Sequence record: NC_007623.1 | Reading direction: 5' to 3' (one strand) | Length of the DNA: 64,000 nucleotides | Shown: positions 28,226 to 37,673 of the stretch, in pieces | How the letters are laid out: every line of letters starts with the position of its first letter | Numbering within the stretch: position 1 is the first letter of the stretch | The notes under the pieces: generated by a model | The model's input: only the letters and a program-made list of their open reading frames with translations | Database searches by the model: none | What the model was told of the DNA's origin: nothing | Translations under genes and position numbers: made by a program

Positions 28226-29665
28226 ATGGAACTACCTGAACTGACTCCGAGTCTTTCGTTGGCCATTAAACGGTTAACGGAATACAGTGAAGAAGTGCTG
28301 GATCCCCTTAAGGACTTTGTCGGCTACGCCAGTAAGCTGGATTTTTCCTTGGAGGATGATCCTCGGTTCTCGATGCCGGCCTATCCCGATTTTGAAGACT
28401 ACGACTACCTGCACGATACCAGCCGTCTTAAGCAAGTCTACCTGAATGACTTCGATTTCAATCTGGAAGAAGACCGAGAAGCCCTCAGTCGTTTAACCCG
28501 GATGGAGTTTGAGGGTAATTCGTTTGATACCGTTGCGCGGTGTTTGTGTAAGGACGGCAAGGGACTCCGGGGTAACTACCTCCTGGGTACCGAACGGGTG
28601 TGTCCACGGTGTGGGAGTAAAGCAGAACTCTTCTTGGATCAAGGGGAAGACACCCGGATCTGGCTCAAATGCCCCGAAGGGGTGAAGAAGTTCGTTAATA
28701 TCGGGTTCTTTACGACCTTCTTTAACAATATCAGCATAGGAAACCCGTCCCCCAAGATCAATGTACCGCGTTACTTCATTGATCCTCTGTATCGAACCAA
28801 GGTTAAGAAGCAACGGAATGGAACCCTCATTGCCATTAACCAGATGCTCGGTGACTTGGAGATCCACCATGTCGACCTGAACACGTTCTATGATCACTGT
28901 GATCGGATCATGGAATACATTCTGGTAGGTCCAGGTGAGCGCTGGTCGAAGTACCGGGGAGGGGAAGGTGCTGAGATCCTGGAACTGTATCATCGGTATA
29001 AACACATCGCGTTCTGTAATTACATGAAGGTACCCAGTCGGTACTGCATGGTGCTGGAACGGGTGGGTAAAGAAGTCCGGAGTTATGAGCATCAGCCTGA
29101 AACAGCGAAGCTCTATAACGCCATTGCGGATACCATGAAGTCCAGCAATTGTTATCAGCTCACTGAAAAGGACTTGCAACGCAATGTGGACATTGTGGGT
29201 AAGAACCTGGTGGCGTTAGCTGATCAATTCAGGAGTGTCAATAACCCCAAAGCCGTGTTTAATAAACACGGGATCAACCGTAAGCATGTGTGCGCAGGTC
29301 CGGTGCCATTAACGGGACGGTCGGTGATTACCTCTCAAACGGGTATTATTAATCACTCTGAAGTGATTATGCCGTGGAAGATGGTCGTTACCATCCTGGA
29401 ACAACCCATTACGAACCACCTCTATCGGTTAGGGCATACCCCCCGGAGTGCCCGTAAGCTGATCTATAACGCGGCCTATCGGATCGTTCCAGAAATCGAT
29501 GCGTTCTTACGGCGTGCGGAGGAGAGTCGTAAAGTCCTGGTTCAAATGGGGCGTAACCCCTCGATTGAGTACCTCAGTCGGCGCACCAATTACCTGAGGG
29601 TGAACCGGGATCTGGAAGATGAGAGTATTAAGATCCCCATTACTTCAGTCGGTCCTTACAATGCT
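28226..29665 (+). CDS. rpoC: Non-virion RNAP beta' N-terminal subunit, exon 1 (phiKZ gp55-like)
   Basis: Zn-binding CLC...CPRC, GRSVI, RNPS motifs; ends in PYNA just before the missing DFDGD. Confidence 0.88.
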
Positions 29666-31082
29666 TAACAATGATTACCCTATTCCTCTACCAGGAGGAA
29701 TTCGTGCAGATAGAAAGGATATACACAACTCCTATTGAACATCCAGAGGAAGTTGGGTTTTATAAACATCCAACATTGCCGATTTGGTTGTCTAAAGACG
29801 ACGATCGGATCCTCACAGAAACAGGTTTCGTGGAACCAAGCATAGGCGGCGAATACAAGTACTACATTCGTCAGCACCTCCATGTGTTGAAACTAGAGAC
29901 ATTTCTTGAGAAGCCCAGCTCAACTATCAAGTTGTGGGGGAATCACAGGGATGGCGACAAGCGCAATAATCACCTGGAAAACTTGGAGTGGTGTACTCCG
30001 TCAATGAATTTGATCCATGCGTTTAAGACCGGTCTTAGGTCGGATAACCTTCCCGGTTTACTCACCGATCTAGAAACAGGTGAGGTCAAATCATTTACGA
30101 GTTTAAGGGAATGCGCTACCTACTTAGGTATCAATCCTGGTACACTCACTGTTTACATGAAATCTGATAGAAAGTATCCGCTCAAGTTTAAGTACTCTGT
30201 GCGTCTAATATCGGAAGAGCCTAGCAAACTGACTGCTGACGACATTGGTAAAGTAAGGAAGGGTGGACCCAAACCTTGCAAGATCGTCAATAAACTCACT
30301 GGCGAAATAAAGCATCTGGCCTTTGAGAAAAGCATTCAGGAACTGTTCGGTTTATCTGAGAGACGTTATCAGCGTGCTTTGAAAGAACGTGGATACGAAG
30401 ACTGGATTTTCGAAGAAGTGAAGACGTATGAAGAATACGTCGAGTGTTTAAAGGATGATAAGGCGAAGACTGTAAAGTCTAACCGACATCTTTCTTTAGT
30501 CAAGGAAAAACAGTTGGCTACAGCTAAGAAGATTGTGGTTACTAACAATCTGACAGGCGAAATAACTGAATTCGACAATCTTAGTGACTTCTCAATGGAG
30601 AATGGTTTCATGATAAGCGAGATCAACCGCGCTTTGAAAACCAAAGATTCATGGAGAGAATTCACATTTAAATATCTGGAATAGGGTAATTGTTAAAGGC
30701 TCACCAGGCACGAAAGTCCTGGATGAGAATCTCTTTAATTGCTGGAACACCCACAAAAGTGAACCACCTTACGTAACCGTAAGGGGACGAAAGTCAGAAA
30801 CAACGGTTCACCTGTCCTACGCTAACCAATAACGCTAAGGGATACTGACAAGGGGCAACCAGCAGCGAAGCCTGTTGTTATTCAACAGGAACGTTCAACG
30901 GCCATTCGATGACCCGTAATCTGATTACGGCGAGAAGTAGGGTAGCAAGCTAATGGCACCCGAAACAGGAGACACCTAATCCCTAACCGGGAATGGTGAT
31001 GATATGGTCTGACCACGGTTTAATAGACCGTGCAGGTGTCTGTGCACACCGGGTAATGAGTAGCGTCATTACTGGACAAGTG
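29666..31082 (+). mobile_element. Group I intron splitting NA|DFDGD
   Basis: 5' exon ends in U, intron ends in G; P AATTGCTGGAAC, Q AACCAGCAGC, R GTTCAACGGCCA, S ATGATATGGTC (P7 GGCCA/TGGTC); candidate IGS GGT(A)ATTGT at 30685-30693; P9 hairpins before the 3' site. Confidence 0.9.
29704..30684 (+). CDS. Intron-encoded HNH homing endonuclease with NUMOD-like DNA-binding repeats
   Basis: NHRDGDKRNNHLENLEWCTPSMNLIHA HNH motif; SLRECATYLG and NLSDFSMENG helix-turn-helix repeats; GTG 29704 preferred (AGGAGG RBS), track start 29671. Confidence 0.9.
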   Translation: MQIERIYTTPIEHPEEVGFYKHPTLPIWLSKDDDRILTETGFVEPSIGGEYKYYIRQHLHVLKLETFLEKPSSTIKLWGNHRDGDKRNNHLENLEWCTPSMNLIHAFKTGLRSDNLPGLLTDLETGEVKSFTSLRECATYLGINPGTLTVYMKSDRKYPLKFKYSVRLISEEPSKLTADDIGKVRKGGPKPCKIVNKLTGEIKHLAFEKSIQELFGLSERRYQRALKERGYEDWIFEEVKTYEEYVECLKDDKAKTVKSNRHLSLVKEKQLATAKKIVVTNNLTGEITEFDNLSDFSMENGFMISEINRALKTKDSWREFTFKYLE

Positions 31083-31274
31083 GATTTTGATGGTGATTCC
31101 ATGTATGCCATCTTCTTGATTGACTTGGAGTCTAAAGCGAAAGCCTACGGGGGATTAGGTCATCATCAGGTATTGGATAACAACGTTCCCTTCAAGATCA
31201 GCAAGTATGCGGGACAAACCGCTACCAACCTGATGAACTTCAATACCCTCATGCTACAGAAACCGATTGAGTAA
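31083..31274 (+). CDS. rpoC: nvRNAP beta' exon 2 (phiKZ gp56.1-like)
   Basis: Begins GAT TTT GAT GGT GAT (DFDGD), completing the catalytic NADFDGD motif in frame with exon 1. Confidence 0.88.
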   Translation, partial: DFDGDSMYAIFLIDLESKAKAYGGLGHHQVLDNNVPFKISKYAGQTATNLMNFNTLMLQKPIE

Positions 31275-31289
31275 GGAGGTGAAGTGTCG

Positions 31290-31931
31290 ATGCGAAGTGC
31301 TAATGCCTTCAGTCACGCGATCTCAGGCAGTTTTACCGAAGAGTCCATAGCCAAGTACGCCGACTACGTAAACAACTCTACAGCGCTCCTACAGAACGCT
31401 GGAGGCTGGTTGGGGGAACAAGCCAAGAAGACCCTGGATTGTTTTACCAGCTTCGTAAACTCCCGCGCGTGGGAAATGGGTAAACGCCTGTTGAATAAGA
31501 ACGACGGGGAGTACGTCGGTCGGTATTCCATTGGCTACCTGGGGAGTATTGAAGCCCTCCAAGGTGCTGAGGGATATATGCGGGACTACATCATGGCCAA
31601 TCCCACCATGATGCAGCTGTACCTGGACGGTGAAATTGAAGGGTATGGTGGGGAGTTCAGTAAGTTCTGTTCAGGTGTTGGGGAGGAGAACCTCTTCTAT
31701 CGCCGCAGTATGAATGGGTTGCTGAATTTGACCACTGTGGATGATAAACCGCATCTACGCCATACCCATTACCACGACAGCCTAGGTGGTAAGATCTCCT
31801 TCAGGGAACGGTGTGATGTCCAGAAAACCTGGGCGGCCATCGATCACCATCGGGCTAAATCCCTGTTCGACCTCACCAGTCCTGCCGGGAATAAGCTGAA
31901 GAGCGCTGAAGAAGAAACCACCGAGGAGTAA
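31290..31931 (+). CDS. Conserved hypothetical protein
   Basis: AAGGAGGT RBS 9 nt before ATG 31290. Confidence 0.75.
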   Translation: MRSANAFSHAISGSFTEESIAKYADYVNNSTALLQNAGGWLGEQAKKTLDCFTSFVNSRAWEMGKRLLNKNDGEYVGRYSIGYLGSIEALQGAEGYMRDYIMANPTMMQLYLDGEIEGYGGEFSKFCSGVGEENLFYRRSMNGLLNLTTVDDKPHLRHTHYHDSLGGKISFRERCDVQKTWAAIDHHRAKSLFDLTSPAGNKLKSAEEETTEE

Positions 31932-31937
31932 GGTGTC

Positions 31938-31971
31938 TAAACCAAGCAGGGGTGGTTCCCTGCTTGGTTTA
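31938..31971 (+). terminator. Hairpin/terminator
   Basis: 14-bp stem TAAACCAAGCAGGG/CCCTGCTTGGTTTA. Confidence 0.65.
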
Positions 31972-32030
31972 TTATGACCTTTTATTTTGTCTTTCTATAG
32001 AGAGCCTTCTTTCTTTAGGGAGTTAACAGT

Positions 32031-32438
32031 ATGGCGCGGTTTTGCGTAGGGACAATGGACAGTAAGTTAGGGTGGGAGACTCAGTCTCCTGATACCGCTA
32101 TTTCACGTCATGTGACCTATTGGTTTACCAGTCGAGAGAACCAAGGTAAACTGATTGGAGGTGTGCCTAGTTTCTACATGATCTTTAAAGACTTCGCTCA
32201 ATACCCCGATCAAATGGTGGAACAAGTCCAGGACAAATTCAAGGCGTACCTGGAGGAATTGTTCGACGAAGTCATGGTGGGTGTAAGTCGACAAAATGTT
32301 ACTGGGAGTGTCAATAATTACAGGCTCATACTGACCGCTCGTGTCGTAGTGGACAATATGAAGTATGACTTGGCGCAAACCATTCTGATCACCGGTGAAC
32401 TGTACAAAGTTCTGGACTTAGAGAGACTTAAACGATGA
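32031..32438 (+). CDS. Conserved hypothetical protein, possibly T4 gp25-like fold
   Basis: GGGAG RBS; 135 aa helix-then-strands pattern; TTATG motif upstream. Confidence 0.55.
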   Translation: MARFCVGTMDSKLGWETQSPDTAISRHVTYWFTSRENQGKLIGGVPSFYMIFKDFAQYPDQMVEQVQDKFKAYLEELFDEVMVGVSRQNVTGSVNNYRLILTARVVVDNMKYDLAQTILITGELYKVLDLERLKR

Positions 32439-33268
32439 CTGACAAACACAACGAAGACTTCCGGGGTAAAGTTCCTGATCATATCCAAGAGATGCACCTG
32501 GAGAATGACCTTGGTTGGTTGAAGGACTTGAAAGTCCACGAACTGGATGGTAAACTCCTGCTGGGTGAGCCGGGGGAAGAACTCCCCTTTAACGTGAGTC
32601 ATGTGATTGAAGAGAAGGAATTCGTTCAGAAATGGTTGATTCCCTTTGCGCTGGGGAATTCCACCGGAGTGAACTACTTCCCCTTCCAGGAATGGTGCTC
32701 CTTTACCTTTAACGGAACCCGGTCTGTATTGGTGGTTGCCCGGGATGCTGAAACCGGTAAATACGAACCGACTCTCTTGGTTCCGCCGATTATTTCCAAC
32801 TCCCTGACTGCGGATGACCGGTACAAGCTCCGGATGGCCTCGCTGGCTATTTACAATATCAGTGAAGACAACCGCCAGAAAGAGAATCTGAACGCCAGCT
32901 TGAAGGTTGCGAATGCCTTGGCGGATAGCAAAATAGGTCTGGAAGCTAAACCCACGACCTTGACGGATTTGATTACTCCGGCCTTCTTTGAGAAGTTCTC
33001 GGTCGTTCCGGAAGTGGAGCGTAAGGTTTACTGGATCCGGGATGTTATCCGGAAAGGAACTGAAACCAATCCCGACGACCTGACTCGTGCCCGGGAGTTG
33101 TTCTTTAAAGAACACAAAGGTGAAACCCTGACTCAGGAAGAGTTGAAATTCCTAAACCAACTGAGTTTAGGGGATTATGAGATTGAAGACCGTCTGGCTG
33201 ACGCACCGAGTGAACAGGCGGATAGCGAATCGCCAGACGATCCCAACTTCGATCCGTTGGCGTGTTAA
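32435..33268 (+). CDS. Conserved hypothetical protein (277 aa)
   Basis: ATGA coupling; GAGA RBS; acidic C-terminus. Confidence 0.75.
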   Translation: MTDKHNEDFRGKVPDHIQEMHLENDLGWLKDLKVHELDGKLLLGEPGEELPFNVSHVIEEKEFVQKWLIPFALGNSTGVNYFPFQEWCSFTFNGTRSVLVVARDAETGKYEPTLLVPPIISNSLTADDRYKLRMASLAIYNISEDNRQKENLNASLKVANALADSKIGLEAKPTTLTDLITPAFFEKFSVVPEVERKVYWIRDVIRKGTETNPDDLTRARELFFKEHKGETLTQEELKFLNQLSLGDYEIEDRLADAPSEQADSESPDDPNFDPLAC

Positions 33269-33290
33269 GGTAGTAAGGGGTAGATTATTC

Positions 33291-34406
33291 ATGCGGATTC
33301 TTTGGACTTCCGACCACCATACGCTGCACCAGACAACCCCCACTACTCATGTACTGGGGAATATGTCGACGTTTTACTTTAAAGATCACGATCTGAACAA
33401 TATTGATCTGTCGATCTTTGGTGGGGACCTCACAGAACGCATGGTAGAGGCCCCTAATCCTGATTTCATTAAACTCAAGGAATGGGCCAAGGTTTACCTG
33501 AACGCGTGTGACAAGGCCCATACAGCCGTTCTAGTACTGGAAGGAACCCACTCCCACGACAGGGGTCAGCCTAAACACTTGGAGACGCTGGCTCCCGAGG
33601 GAATGGATTTCCGGTATGTGGATGCCTTGTCCATTCAGTATTACCCCCAATTCAACAATCTCAGTATTCTCTGTGTTCCTGACAACATGGGAACCCTGAC
33701 ACCTGATGAGATTTGGGACAAGACTGTCGCATTGCTCAATGAACACAAACTGAAGCAAGTGGACTTGATTGTGTTTCATGGTGCGTGGGAGCATCAATTG
33801 CCGGTGCAAGTACGACACAAGGCTCACCAGTTAGCCCGATGGGAAACCATTGTTAAGTACTTCATTCTGTCGGGTCATATCCACGTCCCCTCTGAAGTGG
33901 GTAAGATGCGGTGTTCGGGTTCCTTTGACCGTACAGCCCACGGGGAAGAACACCCGAAAGGGGGGTATTTGGTTGAGCTTGACCTGGAGAAGGAAACCGC
34001 CACTTCAACCTTCCAGGAAAATAAGAACGCCCTTCCGTATTTAACTCTGAAAGTCAAGGAAGACATTACGACCGAACAATTGGTCTTGGACCTCCAGCAG
34101 TTCATCCGCCGGAAGAAACTCCCGTACCACAGCCAAATCCGGGTCATGGGTGGTGCAGCGGATATCGTTAAACCGGTTATACGTATCTTTGAGAAAGAAT
34201 TCCCCTACTTTGGCTTTAAAGCGGAGAATGCGAAAGCCAAAGAACAGCATGTCCAAGACGACCTGTTCAATAACCAAACGTACGACTACCCTCAGTTAAC
34301 GAAAAAGAACTTGGCATCAGCCCTGTTACCTGAATGTCAAGGTGTCTTCGAGAAGGAAGGGATCTCTGATGAAGAAGCCTTGAAAGTCCTGGAGGAATTC
34401 CTATGA
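33291..34406 (+). CDS. sbcD: SbcD/Mre11-like metallophosphoesterase nuclease
   Basis: Start moved to ATG 33291; motifs SDHH, GGDL, EGTHSHD, FHG, GHIH. Confidence 0.88.
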   Translation: MRILWTSDHHTLHQTTPTTHVLGNMSTFYFKDHDLNNIDLSIFGGDLTERMVEAPNPDFIKLKEWAKVYLNACDKAHTAVLVLEGTHSHDRGQPKHLETLAPEGMDFRYVDALSIQYYPQFNNLSILCVPDNMGTLTPDEIWDKTVALLNEHKLKQVDLIVFHGAWEHQLPVQVRHKAHQLARWETIVKYFILSGHIHVPSEVGKMRCSGSFDRTAHGEEHPKGGYLVELDLEKETATSTFQENKNALPYLTLKVKEDITTEQLVLDLQQFIRRKKLPYHSQIRVMGGAADIVKPVIRIFEKEFPYFGFKAENAKAKEQHVQDDLFNNQTYDYPQLTKKNLASALLPECQGVFEKEGISDEEALKVLEEFL

Positions 34407-35200
34407 GAAGTACAGGTGCTTTGGGAATGTCCGTAGGGACATCGTTGGCGTTTGAGAGTGATGCGGCTTCTCTAATACGTAATTCGGATACCATCCTGCT
34501 GAACCTTATGACGCTAATACGGAATGCGTATGACGCGTATGAGACCAAAGAGGAAAAGGATCAACTGACATCAGATCAACTGGTAGAGGCGGTTACCAGT
34601 GATCTGAAGATCCTGGCAAAATGGATGGAAGAGACGCGTAAAAGTAAACCGGTTGAACTGGTGGTGTATTATCCCACCTATACGGGTCTTAAGACCCGTT
34701 TCCGTCATGCGGATCTCAAACTCCCTACGACGAAGAATCAAATCCGGTACGATACCCTCTCGAAAGAGGCAGCAAAGAAGCTGTATACGAAATACGAGAA
34801 ACTGTTGTCTAAGACAGACATCGGTATGCCTGAATTCAAAGGGCGGGGTATTGTATTGACGCACCACGTGGTGGACCTCGCGGTATCGAACAGTGTTGGA
34901 CGTTTAATACTGTTGGAGTCGTATACGGGTAAAACCAAACCCTTTACCCAGTGGTACACTAAACTGACGGGAGGGGAGGATCTGTTTTACATGCCGTTTA
35001 ACCGGTTCACCATCCAGATCTTTGGTGACCGTTCAACCAATTTCATGTCGTCCTCAACAGGGATTAAGGAGCTGGTGAAGAAACTGGCGCTGGATAATAA
35101 GTGGACATCTGCCACAACACTGGGACGAATCAGAAGTCATATCAACAACCTGCCACAAGGGGTAGATCGAGCCGGTCTACAACTGATGCTGAACGGTTAG
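34403..35200 (+). CDS. Conserved hypothetical protein, possible degenerate PIN/5'-nuclease-like fold
   Basis: ATGA coupling, GGAGG RBS; TILLNLMTLIRNAY resembles a PIN N-terminal strand-helix without the first Asp. ORF secure, fold weak. Confidence 0.55.
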   Translation: MRSTGALGMSVGTSLAFESDAASLIRNSDTILLNLMTLIRNAYDAYETKEEKDQLTSDQLVEAVTSDLKILAKWMEETRKSKPVELVVYYPTYTGLKTRFRHADLKLPTTKNQIRYDTLSKEAAKKLYTKYEKLLSKTDIGMPEFKGRGIVLTHHVVDLAVSNSVGRLILLESYTGKTKPFTQWYTKLTGGEDLFYMPFNRFTIQIFGDRSTNFMSSSTGIKELVKKLALDNKWTSATTLGRIRSHINNLPQGVDRAGLQLMLNG

Positions 35201-35269
35201 TCTCCCATCTATTCTCACTGAAAATTCTATCTTTATTGGTTAGGAATTTCGAATTTAAGGTAACCTCTC

Positions 35270-35968
35270 ATGAGTGACAATCAACATCGCAAGTTTACCC
35301 CCCGTAAGAAAACCCTCCTGAATGACTGGAAACAGCCTCATCCAACGACCTTGGAACCTTTGCCGGGAGCAAAGTACCCGGCGCAGGGGATGTTCGAGTG
35401 CAAGAACAGTGGGGCGTTTCCCATTGTCTTCAAGATCAACGACGGCATCTTTGAGAAAGGTTCCAACAGTAACCACAAAGAAGTCGAACTGAACTATTCG
35501 GATCGGGGCGCGCTCTTCGAAGCGATTATTGAGGCCTCGAATGATGCGAACTTTGGGTTCCGTCAGATCCCGATTTCGAAGAAGCAGATGATCTTCTCGG
35601 GTGGGAGCGCGCGTCAATCGGAGAACCCGATTGTTCAAGCGACCTTTACCATCATCCGGGATAAGAACGGTGTTATCCACCTGGGGTACACCAAAGGGGA
35701 TTACAAAGTCCCGCTGGTTTTCCGTGGTTCCAACTTCACGACGGTATACGTCAAGAATGAAGCCGGTGAACGCGTTGAAGACCAGGGTCTGATGTCCCGT
35801 TGGGTAGCTCGGGCCTGGGTGCGTTTCCACCAGGATCTCCTGAATGAGATCGAGCAGGCGGCTTGGGAACCCCCGAAACCGCGTGACGGTGGGGTAAATA
35901 ACAACCGGCAGCCTTCCAATGACTCCAGTTCTGCCACCCACGATGACTTCGATGACGTGGAATTCTAA
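35270..35968 (+). CDS. Probable single-stranded nucleic-acid-binding protein (ChmC / phiKZ gp67 position)
   Basis: Immediately upstream of the sigma-like subunit; beta-rich core; SSB-like acidic tip HDDFDDVEF. Confidence 0.55.
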   Translation: MSDNQHRKFTPRKKTLLNDWKQPHPTTLEPLPGAKYPAQGMFECKNSGAFPIVFKINDGIFEKGSNSNHKEVELNYSDRGALFEAIIEASNDANFGFRQIPISKKQMIFSGGSARQSENPIVQATFTIIRDKNGVIHLGYTKGDYKVPLVFRGSNFTTVYVKNEAGERVEDQGLMSRWVARAWVRFHQDLLNEIEQAAWEPPKPRDGGVNNNRQPSNDSSSATHDDFDDVEF

Positions 35969-35980
35969 TTAGACCAAAAA

Positions 35981-36007
35981 GGGTAGGAGGGGTTGCCCCT
36001 CCTACCC
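35981..36007. terminator. Hairpin/terminator
   Basis: 12-bp stem GGGTAGGAGGGG/CCCCTCCTACCC. Confidence 0.6.
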
Positions 36008-36030
36008 GGTCTATTCGTTTGGTTAGAATA

Positions 36031-36047
36031 TTTTAAACCTACATTAT
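36031..36047 (+). promoter_or_regulatory. Putative phage early promoter motif
   Basis: TTTTAAACCTACATTAT, 38 nt upstream of ATG 36086. Confidence 0.6.
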
Positions 36048-36085
36048 CTTCCCGTAATCCTGGACTATTCTGTTTGGAGTGAACC

Positions 36086-37639
36086 ATGTTTAACATCGAG
36101 GTTAAGCGGAAATCCAAGAAGACGATTAAAGCCATCATTGTTTCGTTGAATGAGAAGAGCCTCCGCTTTAACGGTGATGCAACAATCAAACTTGAACGGG
36201 TGATTAAAGAAAAGGATGCGAGTGATCCTAATCTCTTCAGTTGTTTCAACGAGTATGTGGAGAACATCTTCGATACGGATAAGAAGATTGAACTCTTTAA
36301 GTTGTATGAAAAGGCGTATCAGATTGCCGAAAGTCCTACGTATAAGGACTACCGGGTTGAAATCGCTGAAATTAAACCGATTATCAATGCTATTCTAAAC
36401 CTCATTGATGTTCCCAAGTACTGTAGCTTCATCCAGTATTCCGAACACATGGTCGTTCCTCCTGACCTGAGCGTTGCCTCCAGTAAGGGGGATTACCCGG
36501 AACAAACAACCATTACGGATTACGATTATAAAGAGTTGGTTAAGCTGACCTTTGTGATCCGTTCGGTTTATCCGATCATCTTCTCGTTAATTGCTCGCTT
36601 CGATGCGGCAATGGGAACAGGGTACAGTGAGCAGGTGTGTGGGAGTCTGATTAAAGATAACGCCCACATCGTTAACCTGTATGGGTGGAAGAAGCTTCAG
36701 ACCTATGTGAACTTTGCCTTTGGTAAACGAGGTATACCCCAGCAAGCAGACAGCATTGGGAGTGTAGAGTATTTCGTGGAGCGGGTGCTGTATGATACCC
36801 TCTTCTCCCGGCTGTGCTGTGCGGTCATCCCCGAAACCGAAGAAGGGAAGCACCTGGCCACCGCCATTAACGCTTCGGTACGCCATCATGGATCGATTGG
36901 GGGTGGGTTTAAAGCCAAGGATGCCCGGGAAGGTGAGGATGATAAGCGGTCCCTGTTGGAACGGTATCATATCAACGAAGAGATCAAGGCGGCAAATGAA
37001 ACCGTAGACGCTGAGTATTTCAGTTTAGGGTTGTTTGACGAGAATGACAATGAACGGTACGTGGATCGGTTCAAGATCCCGTGTCTGGGCCTAGGTATAA
37101 AGAATCCCCAGCTGGTGGAACAGGTCTACGACAACATGCCCCCGAACTGGGACATCACGTTGGACAATCATGTCATTACGTTGCTTCAACTGACGTTCGT
37201 CGATGCGATCTCTCCTATGATCTTCTGGAGTTGTGACGGGCATCAACTGCGGGCAGCCATTGCCTTGGCTCAGGTCCGTTTGAGCGAACAAGGGTATCAT
37301 TACCTTCCGTCGGTACTGGGAGCGAGTAATAATCCCGGAGGCATGCGATCCCTTTCGGATGGTTTGCGGTTGAACACCGAAGATAAAGAATTCCTGGTCA
37401 GTATTTGTGACATCCAAAGTCGTAATGACGAAGGACGGTCCTTTAATGAAGCCGTGGAGGTCGCAACGGAGTTCTTGGAAACCTTTGGGAATGGGCAATG
37501 GAAATCGAACCTGGAATATGGGGTATTGGATGATCCTGAAGTCTATCAACGGGTAGAACGCGCTGCGTTGTTCGACCTGGAGATTGATTTGGAAATCAAG
37601 AATGAGTTCATGCGGTTAGTTAGACAAGTCAATACCTGA
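36086..37639 (+). CDS. nvRNAP promoter-specificity (sigma-like) subunit, phiKZ gp68 position
   Basis: 517 aa; size and synteny within the nvRNAP block. Confidence 0.65.
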   Translation: MFNIEVKRKSKKTIKAIIVSLNEKSLRFNGDATIKLERVIKEKDASDPNLFSCFNEYVENIFDTDKKIELFKLYEKAYQIAESPTYKDYRVEIAEIKPIINAILNLIDVPKYCSFIQYSEHMVVPPDLSVASSKGDYPEQTTITDYDYKELVKLTFVIRSVYPIIFSLIARFDAAMGTGYSEQVCGSLIKDNAHIVNLYGWKKLQTYVNFAFGKRGIPQQADSIGSVEYFVERVLYDTLFSRLCCAVIPETEEGKHLATAINASVRHHGSIGGGFKAKDAREGEDDKRSLLERYHINEEIKAANETVDAEYFSLGLFDENDNERYVDRFKIPCLGLGIKNPQLVEQVYDNMPPNWDITLDNHVITLLQLTFVDAISPMIFWSCDGHQLRAAIALAQVRLSEQGYHYLPSVLGASNNPGGMRSLSDGLRLNTEDKEFLVSICDIQSRNDEGRSFNEAVEVATEFLETFGNGQWKSNLEYGVLDDPEVYQRVERAALFDLEIDLEIKNEFMRLVRQVNT

Positions 37640-37673
37640 AAGTATCATCCGTAACTAGACAGAGGAAACAAAC

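Noticed and set aside
29666-29668. Stop-codon readthrough or reassignment after PYNA
   Set aside because: The missing DFDGD lies 1.4 kb downstream after a full group I core, so splicing explains it; TAA, TAG and TGA all act as normal stops elsewhere.
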